A stretch of DNA of 64,000 nt from Lytechinus pictus (taxonomy: Eukaryota), in the NCBI RefSeq assembly GCF_037042905.1, contig NC_087251.1, forward strand, positions 2,482,001-2,546,000, in the 5' to 3' direction. Within the stretch, counting starts at the first letter, position 1, and each line of letters begins with the position of its first letter. Below are positions 27,834-40,506 of the stretch, one piece after another. The notes beneath the pieces are model-generated. The model made no database searches and was not told the DNA's origin. It worked only from the letters and a program-made list of their open reading frames with translations. The position numbers and the translations under genes are program-made.

Positions 27834-27996
27834 GGGCCCTGTTGCATAAAAGTTACTATTATGGTAACTTTGCCCTCCATTGGTAAGTACCATGGTAACG
27901 ATGTTCAACAGCCAATCAAAATCAAGGATTTCATGCAATTACAATTGCATGGCCGAGTTACTAACCATAAATGGTAACTTTTATATTATGGGACCC
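27834..27996. mobile_element. Short MITE
   Basis: GGGCCCTGTTGCATAAAAGTTAC...GTAACTTTTATATTATGGGACCC imperfect TIRs. A related inverted fragment lies at about 52005-52075 (ATCCTTGATTTTGATTGGCT...GTTACCATGG). Confidence 0.7.
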
Positions 27997-28628
27997 AGGT
28001 AACTCTCGAGCACAGAATGACAAATATGATAATTTAAATTAACTAGAAATAAACTTACAGTTGTTTTTGGATTGAATAAACTTCTAAGAAGATAAGGTCT
28101 ACTTTTAATGTTTTGTTGATTTAACATAATAAGAAAAAATTAATTTATGAGGAATAGACATATCAGAGGAATAGGGCCTATATGTTTCTGTAAAACAATA
28201 CAGAAGCCATTCTTTTCCATATGTTTGATCATGATCCCCCCACACACACACACTATAGCTCAGTCAAATATTATAAGTGTTGCAGTGAGATTTGAATCCT
28301 GATCCCCATGTTTCACTGTCTAGATCCTCGTCCACTTATCCAAAAGACATCTATTGAGGTTGGATCTGGACAGCAGCAACCAATAGGTAAGGGTCACCTG
28401 AGACACACAACCACAAAGAAATGTGGTCATGTGCCCTCTAGTGTTCAGTTTCTTTTAACTTAATTGCTAGCTGTAGAAAGTCAATGTTGATTCATGCCTA
28501 CTTCAGATAGGAATTTATCACAGAAAAATACACTTTTATATCATGTGCTTTATTTAAAAAAATCCCATATGGGTTAAACACTAAGCTGATATTCTCATAA
28601 CAAGTCTGTAAATGTATTGTTATACCGA

Positions 28629-28834
28629 GTTTTTTTTTTTTTACCTGACTGCTAAGAAAGCATGAATGCCTGTGAGCAAGCAACCAGGGGACCAACGGCT
28701 TAAGGTCCTCTCCGAGGGACCTGGTAATGAGGATAAATGCCTTACCAAGGGGCACTAGCGCACCACTTGGGAATCGAACCCGGGTCACCGGAATTCGAAA
28801 CCCCTGCTCTACCGACTGAGCTATCGCGCCTCCC
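28629..28834 (-). mobile_element. tRNA-derived SINE, second family, well preserved
   Basis: Minus strand GGGAGGCGCGATAGCTCAGTCGGTAGAGC (A box)...GGTTCGATTCC (B box), about 110 bp of non-tRNA body, poly-A tail. Confidence 0.88.
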
Positions 28835-29160
28835 TATGATGAAATGAAATGAAGGGTAATTGTTTTTGAAGGATCAAAATTTTATTTTTCAATTTGTAAT
28901 TTCAATTTCACTTTGCCTCTACAACATTACTTTAGAAACACTGTCCATGAATTTCATCATCTTTGATCTAATTACCCAATCGAAGGTCTGTATGATGAGA
29001 TTAACATTTCTTCTAATTTTCTTCTGTTTTCTTTCTGTTCATCAAGAATTTAGAGTTATTTTAAGACAATACAGAACATATTTATCTGAGGTTCTGGGTT
29101 TGGTAAACAATGATTTTGCAAGTGTTTGATCTTTCAGCCAGGTCTGCAACCAGTGCGTTA

Positions 29161-29540
29161 TACCCCTTTCATAAACCCATCCTCCAATTAGCCGCCTAAG
29201 AGTAATGCGGATAATTCAATAAAAATTGCGTTCACAAACTCCGAGAATAATCCGCACTATTTTTATGAGCGCCCGTCCTGAAAAAGGCGGATAATCGTCA
29301 TGGCAACCGCACACACCCCTCCGATGCGGTTGTGGTGGAAAAGGGTGACCTTGTGACCGCACCATGGCAATTATACGCATTACTTAGGAAACGCGTTCAT
29401 AAAGTCAAAATCTGGTCCCGATGCCGCTATTATGCGGATAATTGCAGCATCAAAATAATGCGGATAACTCTGGTCCTCCTCCGATTTTATGACCAAATTA
29501 TGCTGCTATTAGCCGCATAATTGGGTTTATGAAAGGGGTA
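29161..29540 (+). mobile_element. PIF/Harbinger-like MITE family A, copy 1
   Basis: TTA|TACCCCTTTCATAAACCCA...TGGGTTTATGAAAGGGGTA|TTA; three copies in the window. Confidence 0.92.
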
Positions 29541-30507
29541 TTAGTCAAAAAGATACAATCCTTTTATCTGAAAATCTAACCATTCATCAAACTGTCAAAT
29601 TCATTTCTTATTGTCTTACCAAGAATATTTTTATAGAGCACTGAAAATCATTCTATCCTGAAGATTGTCTTCCTTATCTTGCTTTTTATGCTATCATTTT
29701 AAGTTAGTACTTACAATACCCCCACTTTATATTTTTGCTCTCTTTTGAATTGATTTAGTGGTACAGATGTGTCATACAGCTGTCATTCAAGCTAAACTTT
29801 ACGAGTGTACAATAAATAAGCAGTAACCATGTTCCTAGTATTATACACCCACCTGATGTAACTTGTGATATGTGACATCTTACCCCTCTGTGCCTTTAGA
29901 TATATTTCTTTTACCACATAAATTGTTTCCTATGTCCTCCAGTGCTTTCCCTCAATCTATAAATCTCTCTGACCTTTGACCTCCCATAAAGCGCTTGATC
30001 CATTTGACCCTGTTTGCTGGTGAAAGGTCATTGGAAAAGAGAGAGAGAGAGAGCACGAATGAGGGGAGGGGATATTCCAGGCTCTTCCAGTTATGTGTTT
30101 ACAAGAGATTTTGCAAGTAACATTTTGACATGGGCAATTTAGTGTTCCACATTTTAAGACACAATTATGAAATGAAATCATTTGGTTAATGCTCCTTTAC
30201 AAATTTGTGAACTTGGCAAAAGAATTTAAAAAGAACATACCCTAACAACTTTGCTAACGCTGATGACACTTGACAGTGGACTCTTTAGAATGTTTCAAAA
30301 CAACAGATGGAGATATTGTTAGTTTTCAAGAATAACTGCATGAGTGGTATGTGTGAAGATATATGAGAAGTAACATTTACCAGGAGACTCCACCTTCAAC
30401 CACAGGAAAGTTTATTCACTCCTGTCAAACAACCCTTTCACACGCTGCCGGATGCTATACCTTCTCTTCAAAACATAAACCTCTTTTAGACTGGCCTTAC
30501 TCTTTCA

Positions 30508-31097
30508 AGGTCAAGTCCACCCCAGAAAAATGTTGATTTGAATAGATAGAGAAAAAGAAAACTAGCATAATGCTAAAAAAAATCATCAAAATCGGATGTA
30601 AAATAAGAAAGTTATGACATTTTAAAGTTTCACTTATTTTTCACAAAAGAGTGATATGTAAATGAGAGTCGATGATGTCCCTCACTCACTATTTATTTTG
30701 TTTTTTATAGTTTGAATTATACAATGTTTCATTTTTTACAGATTTGACATTGACAATAAGGACCAACTTGACTGAACCATATAGTATTAAACAATGCTAA
30801 ATCCACATGTTCAGGGAGAAATTAATCATTGTTTCACTTGACAATGAAGAAATAATTAGAATATTCATATTTCATATAGTAAAATACAAAAGAAATAGTG
30901 AGTGGATGACGTCATCAGTCAGCTCATTTGCATACTGACCAGGATGTGCATATAACTGTTTTGTGAAATTAAGCGAAACTTTAAAATGACATAACTTTCT
31001 TATTTTACATCTGATTCTGATGAAATTTTCAGTGTTATGCTTGTTGGATTTTTCTCTTTTTATTCAAATCAACTTTTTGTTGGGGTGGACTTTTCTT
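30508..31097. mobile_element. Kolobok-like MITE with long TIRs
   Basis: AGGTCAAGTCCACCCCA...TGGGGTGGACTT; inverted GATGTAAAATAAGAAAGTTATG / CATAACTTTCTTATTTTACATC. TSD is degenerate. Confidence 0.82.
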
Positions 31098-31796
31098 TTT
31101 ACTGCAGGGCTGCACTAAAACAGTCTGCACTAAACAGTAAGAGCAGACCATGCATATATCTTTTATTAACACCCTTCAAACTGTCTTGGTAAATGCACTG
31201 GCCAATGGGAAGCATTTAGTTTTACATGCAAGCATGGACCTTCAACAACATGATGCAAGCAACAAGTGACCACTGACTGGGAGGAATATTGGCCCAGATT
31301 AAGCTATTGCTCCCTTCCAGTCAATCTCTGGTTCATATGCCTGGTGCGGATCTGGCCCATGCCTGGTGCTTCTAAACGCAGTGTGAGAATAGCATGGACT
31401 ATTTTGGCCGTGACCGAAGCCAATTCATAACTTATCTCCAGATAATATGTTATGACTTGGTGTGAGTCAAGCTCAAGCGTGGACCAGCACCAGGGGTTGT
31501 ACTAGTTTTCAGTGAAGTTGTGTGATATCTCATCTGTCAGAGGTCAAAACTGTTTCAGTGATTTGGGATTTGTGCTACAGGAAAGCAAAAACATGATTTC
31601 TTGAGCCGGAATAATATTTTAAACTGTGTTTGAAAATATGAGTATAGATAATCTTCTACAATCTGGTGGTGGTATCATCAGTAGTAAAGAAGGATAGGAG
31701 CCCTCGTTTTTCACAATTTTCAAGGAAACTGGGTAAATGAGAATAGATTTATCTCTAGGAATCCAATGCCTCTTGTCAACATCATGTTGGAGTTAA

Positions 31797-32281
31797 AGCA
31801 GAAGTTCATACTGACAAAAAGTTATTGTAAAAATAGCAGAAAAAATATTTTTAAAATATGGTTGAAGGTTTGAGAAAAATCTGTTAAAAGAATAAAAAAG
31901 TTATTCGAATTTTAATTATTTGATCTGTGACTTCATATGCAAGCAGCTTTTCTACACATCGTATGGAAAAATTTAATGAAAAGTCATTTTCTCAGAAAAT
32001 TGAAAATGGTTTTTACTGTACCTTCAGTATATCAATACACAACTCATTTCACACCCGTTCTTTAAAAGAAATTTTAAAATAGTCATCATGAACCATTAAA
32101 AAATGCAATTTATGTATTTTATAATTATATTACATGGGGCAGCTACTTGTTTGTGACGTCACAAATCAAAATCTTGAAAGTCTAATAACTTGAATGGATT
32201 TTCCTCAAATCTTTCTCTAATATTTTTTATGATTTTTCTGCTGTTTTTACAACAAAGTTTTTTTCAGTGTGAACTTCCCCA
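31797..32281. mobile_element. Kolobok-like MITE, same family as 21607-22086, inverted
   Basis: TTAA|AGCAGAAGTTCATACTGAC...CAGTGTGAACTTCCCC. Internal ATGGGGCAGCT...TGACGTC is the reverse complement of GACGTCA...AGCTGCCCCAT near 21730-21756. Confidence 0.78.
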
Positions 32282-32613
32282 TTATTTTGCATCTAACAGG
32301 TTGATACAAAAATGGAACACATGACTCCATAGGACAAACACTGTAGTTAAGGAAGTGAGATTCTCCATCTAAATCAGTATTCAGTAATAAATAAACTTTG
32401 ATATTTAATTATGTATTTCAGTCAGGTCCTTGTGTATTCAGACAACTCATTCTCATGACATCTCAAAATGAAAAGAGTCACTGCAATGTCTACATTTATT
32501 ATGTCAAGATCATGGAGTGAGGGGGGGGGGCAATGTCATTACAAGTTGGACATCATGTTGGTATTTTTTTTTGGCCGGGCATTGTACGGGTGTAAAATGT
32601 AAAGGGTGTCAAT

Positions 32614-33100
32614 AGGTGGTTTCAGACCGCCTCGAAGTTCGCCAGTTCCAGGTATTCTCTGATCGGGAAATTTACCCCGATCAGAAAATACCAGGTATTT
32701 TGGCGATGTGAAAGCAAACTACGCGTAATATCCCCGAAAGAAAATACCCGATAAATAGTAAGTACTTGGCGAAATTACGAGAACTTTCGCGGGGATTTTT
32801 CCAAGGTCGTTGGTATTTTGGCGGTCTGAAAGCAAATTACGGGAACTTTGTGCCCAGCGTGTCGTTGGGTGCGGCGCCGTGGGTGGCTGCTGGGCTAGTG
32901 ATTTTGAATCTCGCGCCTTGCTTGCTTATCAGACCATACTGCGCATGCTCGTAACTTCAGGAACTACTTCAGGAACTTATCCCGAAGGGTATGTTTCAGG
33001 GCGGTGTGAATGCAGGAATAATTAATGGGTATTTTTCAGCCTAAAAAAGTTCTCGTAATTTAACGGGGATTCTTGTGATCGAGGCGGTTTGAAACCACCT
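32614..33100 (+). mobile_element. Harbinger-like MITE family B, copy 1
   Basis: AGGTGGTTTCAGACCGCCTCGA...TCGAGGCGGTTTGAAACCACCT; inverted copy at 61588-62059. Confidence 0.9.
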
Positions 33101-33131
33101 ATTATTGCCAAAATCAGGTAGATAGTAGGCC

Positions 33132-33169
33132 TATGCTGTTGAGAAGTATAGATACTTCTCAACAGCATG
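33132..33169. other. 38-bp palindrome, possible P-type excision footprint
   Basis: tATGCTGTTGAGAAGTAT-ag-ATACTTCTCAACAGCATG; 17-bp perfect arms; no clean TSD. Confidence 0.55.
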
Positions 33170-33575
33170 GTATTTGCATGGAGCTACTAACATAGAAAGC
33201 TCATTGGTATGTGTAAGCATTATTTCGCCTTAAAGAATAATCAAGAAGAATATTTGATAGATTATTTACAATGGGGAATAATAGGCCTTGGGTGTACAAG
33301 ATTAATTCCATAGTCTCCTTCTTGTAATGATAGTGTCCCTCCTCCTTCTCCACTTTCAGATGTGCAGAGGGGTTTCCCATATGCAGGATCATGACACTGA
33401 GTGGTTCATTCCAAAATACTCTCCAATTACCAGTGGTTTCACCAGTGGAATGCCATATTTGGTCAAACTCCATCAGTCAGTGCTGGCATGGTCCAATCTC
33501 TACTTCTCTGTCATATCTCTTCAATAGATGCTCTCAAATTCATTCCTCATTATGATTACTTGTAAATGGAGTTAA

Positions 33576-33974
33576 AGATAAATGAAAGTAGTTGCAGTAA
33601 ACACTGATTTCACGAGAAAGTCAGTAAAACCAGGCTTAATTGTCACTATATCATCGAGGATCTAGATCTGGTACAGTTATATAAACTGAACTTTGTGAAA
33701 TCTTGAAATCTACGCTGAAAAATGTTCACACTGAAGATCACCAACACAGATAAGCGCACACACGTGGGACAGTGTATTATTATTGCCTTGAGTGTCGTGC
33801 CCGACGCTTGACCCGAATCCTGTGCTTATTTGCTAATTTCTCAGCAATTACACCATTTCTTCCAGAATCCTTTGGCACATATTCTTTATTTATACAAACA
33901 GACACTTTGGTGGTCATTTTATTGGATTCTGTACGAACTCATTTTGAAATCGTCGCCACAACTAGCATTTATCT
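33576..33974 (+). mobile_element. Kolobok-like MITE with short TIRs
   Basis: TTAA|AGATAAATGAAAGTAGTTG...CAACTAGCATTTATCT|TTAA; its 3' part recurs at 58458-58591. Confidence 0.85.
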
Positions 33975-34749
33975 TTAAAGCTATGGAAGCAACTACATGT
34001 ATTTCGATTTATACCAACTTTCATCAACAGAAATATTCAAGTCGGAATTGTTAACTTATTTTTGCCTATTTCATTAATAATTTGATAGTCTTTTGTGTTC
34101 AGGAGAATTTAAATTTCTATAATTTTTCTATCTCTATTTTATTCCATGTGGAGCTGTGTGCTATTTAGTAGTCATGATTATTGTTGTTAATTTTCTGGTC
34201 TACCTCTTTCAATTCATTAAGCCTAATTGATTAATTCAGTTTATTCATATGGTTTGTTTTTACCTGAAGAGTGAAATGTGTGTTGAGAGAGCCTTATCAC
34301 CTAATGTGTTATGATATTAGTTTCCACTCTACTTGGTAGACTAAACTTCCTGAGATTCCCTTACACCCTCAGGCTCCGAACAAGCTCAAGTTTCATCATA
34401 ATCAGAAAAAAAATCCTTCTTAAAATCTTTGACTTGTATACATTGAAGATAAGAAGCTAGGTTTTAGCATCACAATACCATGTGAAATAACATTCTGCAA
34501 CCTGACAAAGTGTCAGAGATTGGGGGGGGGGGGTCAATAATAGTTCACATTTGGAAATCGAGAGAATTATGTGGAAAGAGTAGCATTTGTGTGTGCAGCG
34601 CTTGCAGCATGTCAAAAGTGCTTAAAATTTTTGAACAAGTACATTTTTTTCATAAAAAAGTACAAATGAAGGGGAAACGGGTAGGTATCTTGATTTTATT
34701 CATTTCTTACTATTACTAGAGTTTTCTTCCCCCCTGTGAAGTGGAGAAA

Positions 34750-35134
34750 CCCGGGGGGGGGGGGGGCACTCAGTATGGGTGTTGGGTATTTGCCGCGGAG
34801 GGGACCCCCATTTTTACACTCAAATTTCTGTTCCAACTCCAAGGCATAGCATTTTTATCTTATTGAGAAAAAAACAAAGAAAGCAGCTCCAAAGCATAGC
34901 ATTTTCTTCTTATCGAGAAAAAAAGAAGAAAGAAATCCGTTCCAAAGCTTCACATATTTTTCGTTACGCCGTTCCGGCCGCATTGATCCGCTACAATGAG
35001 CTGCAATTTTGGTAAAAAGTGGGCACAGAGCGCTTTCCAACCATTGCCTCTGCGCGAGCGTATGCCTGTTCCATAGGCCCACATACGCACTCACACGCAG
35101 GCGACCTGTTCCAAGGACCCCCGTTTCCACAAAC
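34750..35134 (+). mobile_element. Truncated copy of the 17978-18529 element
   Basis: CCCGGGG..GCACTCAGTAT start, collinear to CCAAGGACCCCCGTTTCCACAAAC, right TIR missing. Confidence 0.88.
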
Positions 35135-35307
35135 CTTGAGAAACTGCCCTGAGGAAGGGGTAAAGTTTCTAATTTAATACATTAATCCTCTCTTATTTCC
35201 ACTCTGATCCATTCTAAATAGCATTGTTTTGGGGGTAACAGGGGCTCACATGCATGTGCTGAACTGAGCTTTGCCTCTCTCTACCTGCTCACACTATGTT
35301 TTACTTA

Positions 35308-35701
35308 AACCCCTTTCATAAACCCATTTCATAAACCCATCCTCCAATTAGCCGCCTAAGAGTAATGCAGATAATTCAATAAAAATTGCATTCACAAACT
35401 CTGAAAATAATCCGCACAATTTTTACGAGTGCCCGTCCTGAAAAAGGCGGATAATCATCATGGCAACCGCACACACCCCCTCCGATGCGGTTGTGTTGGA
35501 AAAGGGTGACCTTGTGACCGCACCATGGCAATTATCCGCATTACTTTGGAAACGCGTTCATAAAGTCAAAATCTGGTCCCGATGCCGCTATTATGCGGAT
35601 AATTGCAGCATCAAAATAATGCGGATAACTCTGGTCCTCCTCCGATTTTACGACCAAATTATGCTGCTATTAGTCGCATAATTGGGTTTATGAAAGGGGT
35701 A
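35308..35701 (+). mobile_element. PIF/Harbinger-like MITE family A, copy 2
   Basis: TTA TSD on both sides, near-identical to 29161-29540, with a local duplication of TTTCATAAACCCA. Confidence 0.92.
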
Positions 35702-38700
35702 TTATCCACATAGTTGCATAGTATAGTATATATCCAGGGAAAATTCCCTTGTACACATACATGTATGGTCAAATTATAGGCAATGGGGGATGGAGGAAAT
35801 AGTTTCTTCAGTAAATTATATAGAATGACATTCCCACATGTGGTCTGCCTATCTGATCATAACACAACCATTAAATTATCACCAAGTACAAGTTGCTCGC
35901 TTTGCTCAACAAAATGTGTTTCATAGTCTGAAAAGCCAGACTTGAACAAATTGAAAAATATATGATGGCCTATATTGGTAGGAAGAGCCATGTTTTATTG
36001 ACACTTTATCATTTAATCATCATTATCAAAGAATTTCACTTTTGTTCCTTGATTATGATTACTTTGAAATAAAACCTGATAACAGTTTTTATAGGCCCTC
36101 ACAGCTCAGACTTTATTTTCAATTTCATTTTTTCAACCATAAAGAATAGTATCATTAGTTTTGGGCTATAACAAAATTGTAATTATTTTCATATGGTTCA
36201 ACTCATAACATCAACTTGATAATAAAGAAATGCATAATGATAAAGAACTATTAAAACCAAACCATTTTTCATAAAAAAGGTAAGAGTATAATTTGAAAGA
36301 GAGTTATAATTTCTGGACTCTTTACGAGAAAAGGGGGTCTACTTGTTAGACTAGTGATCTGATTTGTGAGATGTCAGTGAATCTGGTGTATAGCAGATTG
36401 ATGAGTTAAATTCATTATGACATCCTGATACAGCTGTAAGGACAGACAAGCAAAGATTGGAAGAGATGGAAGATGAAGATATGAAAAAAGAAAGGATGAA
36501 GCCACCAGCAGAGCTTGGTTTCCCACGCTCACCCATCATCATCATCTCACATTCCTCATCATACAAACATCATTCCTCAAGTGGACTCAGTAGTTTACAA
36601 CTTTCAGACTTCTCTATTCCCCAAGCATCATCACAATGTGTATCTGCTCATTGTAGAGGGTTTTTTTTCTCACTACATATCATATCAAATAATACAGTAC
36701 AAATCAATGGATGCAACATGAACCTGTGTAGGAGTATATTTGAAACAGAAAACAGGAACAAATATCAATAGACAAATGTGATAGAGCAAGGCAACCAAGC
36801 TGATTAGGGGGGTTTTATTTGGGAAGTCGACCCCAACAAAAAAGTTGATATCTATAGAAAGAGAAAAATAAAAAGGCATTATGCTGAATATTTCAATTAA
36901 AACAGATGCAAAATAAGAAAGTTAAAACCTTTTTTAAATTTTTCTTAGTGTCAAGAGCATCTTTCAAATCTACCCCCTAAAAAGTAGTTTTTTTTTGTTT
37001 TTTTTTGTATATAGGTATATATGTAGACTCTACCTTAACTTGAAATTCGTAATCATGGAGACAAATGGATGGAATTTTGTGATCCTTCTTAGTATATTAG
37101 ATTATGAAAAAAAAACTGCTTCTAGCCACAGGATACAATAATTCTAAGTAGTACAAAGCAAGGGGGAAACCAGACAGAAAGAGAATTCTGAATGTTAGAA
37201 TATAAGCCAAATCTTAAGTTTCAAGATTATATAATCAAGAAAAAGAAATTGTTCCAGACTGTTGTAGGATCAAAGCCAGACTCTCTTTCTAAATGTATCC
37301 TGCTATGTTCATAACTGATAAGTCCAATATGAGTTATTTTTAGTATGAAGATATGAATCTTGTCTCCAGAAAGGAAAGTCCTATGGATTATAATGATACA
37401 TCAGATATATCCCCCTCATCACTTTCTCATTGTTTAGGCCTCCTACTTTACCCTTATTCACACTTGCAAATTCTTTTTAAAGTTTACAAATATATCCTAT
37501 TAACTTTACCCTGATATAATAATGATATTAATAATAAAAATACATAGGATTTATATAGCGTCTTCTCCATTTTTGATAAAATGCTCAAGGCGTATAGAAA
37601 ACATAAACAAAAGGTAAAGATACAGTAAGTACAAGAAAAGGCAAGAGTGCTTTGTTTTCCATTTATGGGTGATTTTTAGGACTGATATTTCTTCCATTAA
37701 TTTTTTTATAGAAATCCACAATAATAGTAATAAAAAATGAATTGATATAATCCTTAAAACCATGCAAAAGAATAACAGTTGACATAACTTTTTTTACTTT
37801 GGTCGTTCTTGATAAGCTATAGTAATAAGAAATGTTTCCAAACAGAAATCTAACTTTATAGTTCATTCTTGTTCATTCTTAAGTCCAACGTCTTAAAACC
37901 TACATCAGATCATATTAATAGTTAAAAAGGTGGTACTGTGAAGAGTCATTATTATTAAGCAGGTCTACTGATCTTGATTTTGATTGCGAATGTGACAAAG
38001 ATAACATATAATTATCTGTTTAAATAGGCATTATTAAAGGTAATTGAGATGTAGATGACTAAGCATGCCTGTACTTTCTTATTTTCTAGGCCAAAACTCA
38101 TCTTTAATTTTATGTTCAAAACGGTGCGTCCTTTGTCATTTTCATTGTTTGTAAAATAGTGTTTTAAAGGTGCATATGAGCATTCCAAAGTGCTCAAGTG
38201 TGTTAACAATGAGAATTTCAAAACGCTCATTTACATTCGTATAATGAAGTTTAAACATGCTCTGCGTCTCCAACCATTTCTTCTGTATATCATCCAGAAA
38301 ATAATACTAATAAACCATAGTCAGGATGTCAATGAGTAATAGCTAAATGCCATGTCATGTTACTTCAAATACCCCTTTCACACTCGCATTCTGAACCAGT
38401 TTAATTTTTTATGGTTGATGTGAAAGGAGGAAGTCTATGAATGTGAAAGCAAATCTTTTTCACTGAGGGTCTAAGTAGGCCTATAGTACATGATTATTCA
38501 CTGTACATTTAAAACAAAGTATCTTCATAGCTTTGCATATAATTTACAATTTAGTAGTCAAATGCATCAGGTTTATAAATATTTTCAACAATTCTATGTA
38601 AAGTCAATGAACTTGTGTTGGAATAATGAAATGAACTATGAAAAGTGGAAATTGTCTCCCGTTTTTCATAACGTTGTACATAAAAATTTGTTTAACTCTG

Positions 38701-38914
38701 ATAAAAGATGATGGATGGAAAGAGACTATAACATGAAAAAGTGAATGTAGGCTTACAATAGAGGTGATCAGAAAATGGATAGCAATTGGGGAATAAAGAA
38801 GGAGAAACTAAAAAGAGACAGAAGAGTACAAAACATTCAAATACAAGAATACAGTACAACAAAGAATGAATTAGAGAAGGATTTCAGTAGAATTAAAATT
38901 CAACCTAATATAAC

Positions 38915-38942
38915 CATGGACCTATTACGTAATAGGTCCATG
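38915..38942. mobile_element. 28-bp perfect palindrome with 7-bp TSD (P/Galileo-like footprint or micro-element)
   Basis: ATATAAC|CATGGACCTATTACGTAATAGGTCCATG|ATATAAC. Confidence 0.8.
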
Positions 38943-39907
38943 ATATAACTTAAGAAGTATAGATTTCAAAGATGGCAGAAAACAAAACAAAAGAAAAAAA
39001 GAACAATATTTTTAAGAAATAGTAGTAGAAAAGTTTTCATTTAAACCAGGAACACAAACAGATCAATAGAGTATAGAATATTTGACAAATTTGTATGATA
39101 TTAGTGAGGGAATAATCGCGGTAAAACTCATTTTTTAATATTTGATATATTTTCCCCTGGAGTTATTCCCTTTAATAGAGCAAGAAGTGGTCAATGACCT
39201 GAACAGCATGGTGAGGGGGATCATAAGGGATTATATATGAGGATGAGTGAAAGGGGGAGTTAGACAGCTGGCATTCATTCAATTCAAAACACTCTCCAGA
39301 TGAGACAAGATGTGTTTACTTGATGACATTACAACTCATGTCAACATATCACTTTGAATAGCATGGAATTTGAAATCTTTGGGAAACCTGCTGATTGTAT
39401 GACTTTTCATGTGTTACAGTGGATAATAATTATAACCCAAAACGTTATTAGGCCATATGTTTATTCATTCATTCAAGACTTGTGAAATAAGAAATTCATA
39501 CACGAATAATGTAGATTTATGATTAGATTTGTCTTGTAATGTGAGGATTTCCCTTTTTTATGGGCGAAAAGGGATATGGAATTATTTCATTTGATGATTT
39601 GAATATTCTAATTTACCATGTTGAATTATTTATTTACTTTGTTATTTGGTACTTCTAAATCATGGTGTCTCCTTACCAGAATGCCTGGAGCATATATCAC
39701 TAGTGCATTTTGTGATTTCCATTTTTGTGTGTGATATTATGTGAATACTCTTGTGATTTGTCCAGGTGTTGAATGAAAATTAAATTGGTGTTATCTTCTT
39801 CCTTTCTTGTTCTCTTCTTTTCCTTTCTGCTTTCCATTCCCATTCTTTTATCTCTACCTTCCTTTTTATCTTTCTTCCCCACACCCTTCCTTTCTCTTTT
39901 TTTTCAG

Positions 39908-39987
39908 ATGAGGAAACTGTTTCTACATTCAGAGGTACTGATCCTGGTTTGCAGAGGATAAGGGTCAGATCAGCCATCAGAAGATAG
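39908..39987 (+). CDS. RAD51B: RAD51B terminal coding exon, ending at TAG
   Basis: Long pyrimidine tract then ttttcag|AT, phase-1 compatible with the previous exon. Translates (D)EETVSTFRGTDPGLQRIRVRSAIRR*. GTDPGLQxIxVR resembles the C-terminus I recall from non-mammalian RAD51B. Confidence 0.82.
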
Positions 39988-40002
39988 TCAGCAGAAATGA
40001 TA

Positions 40003-40337
40003 TTATCAATACCAATATCAACATCAACATTGACAATAACATCATCATCATCAACATTGACAATAACATCATCATCATTAACATTGACAATAACATCATC
40101 ATCATCAACATTGACAATAACATCATCATCATCAACATTGACAATAAGATCATCATCATCAACATTGACAATAACATCATCATCAACATCATCATTTTCA
40201 TCAAAATCAACAACAACTATGTCAACAACATCATCAGCACCACCATTATCGTCATTATCAACATCATCAACAACAACATCAACATCGTCACCACTGCCAT
40301 TATCAGCATCAATCTCCATCATCATTATCATCATGAT
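40003..40337. repeat. 27-bp minisatellite (about 6 copies) grading into (ATC)n, in the inferred RAD51B 3' UTR
   Basis: Unit ATCAACATTGACAATAACATCATCATC at about 40022-40190. Confidence 0.92.
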
Positions 40338-40500
40338 CATTAAAAAAAACCATCATCTTGAGACATGATTAAAAAAAACGCCAAAGAACTGTCAGATAAT
40401 GGTGGACAAATATGTTTTCATTTAGAAAATGTGAAGAAAACTATCTAGAGAGAACTTGGTTTGCTTTGATTTTGGACAAAGAGCTGTTGATGTTTTCAGA

Positions 40501-40506
40501 AATAAA
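40501..40506 (+). promoter_or_regulatory. Candidate polyadenylation signal for RAD51B
   Basis: First AATAAA seen after the stop codon; ATTAAA variants near 40340 and 40368. No transcript evidence. Confidence 0.25.

Noticed and set aside
28760..28834. tRNA gene
   Set aside because: A and B boxes are present, but the stems pair poorly and the sequence continues into a SINE body and poly-A tail.
39988..40368. In-frame Ser/Thr-rich stop-readthrough extension of RAD51B, and the Asp-rich antisense ORF
   Set aside because: Openness is explained by ATC and 27-bp repeats, and TAG-TCA is not a recognised strong readthrough context.
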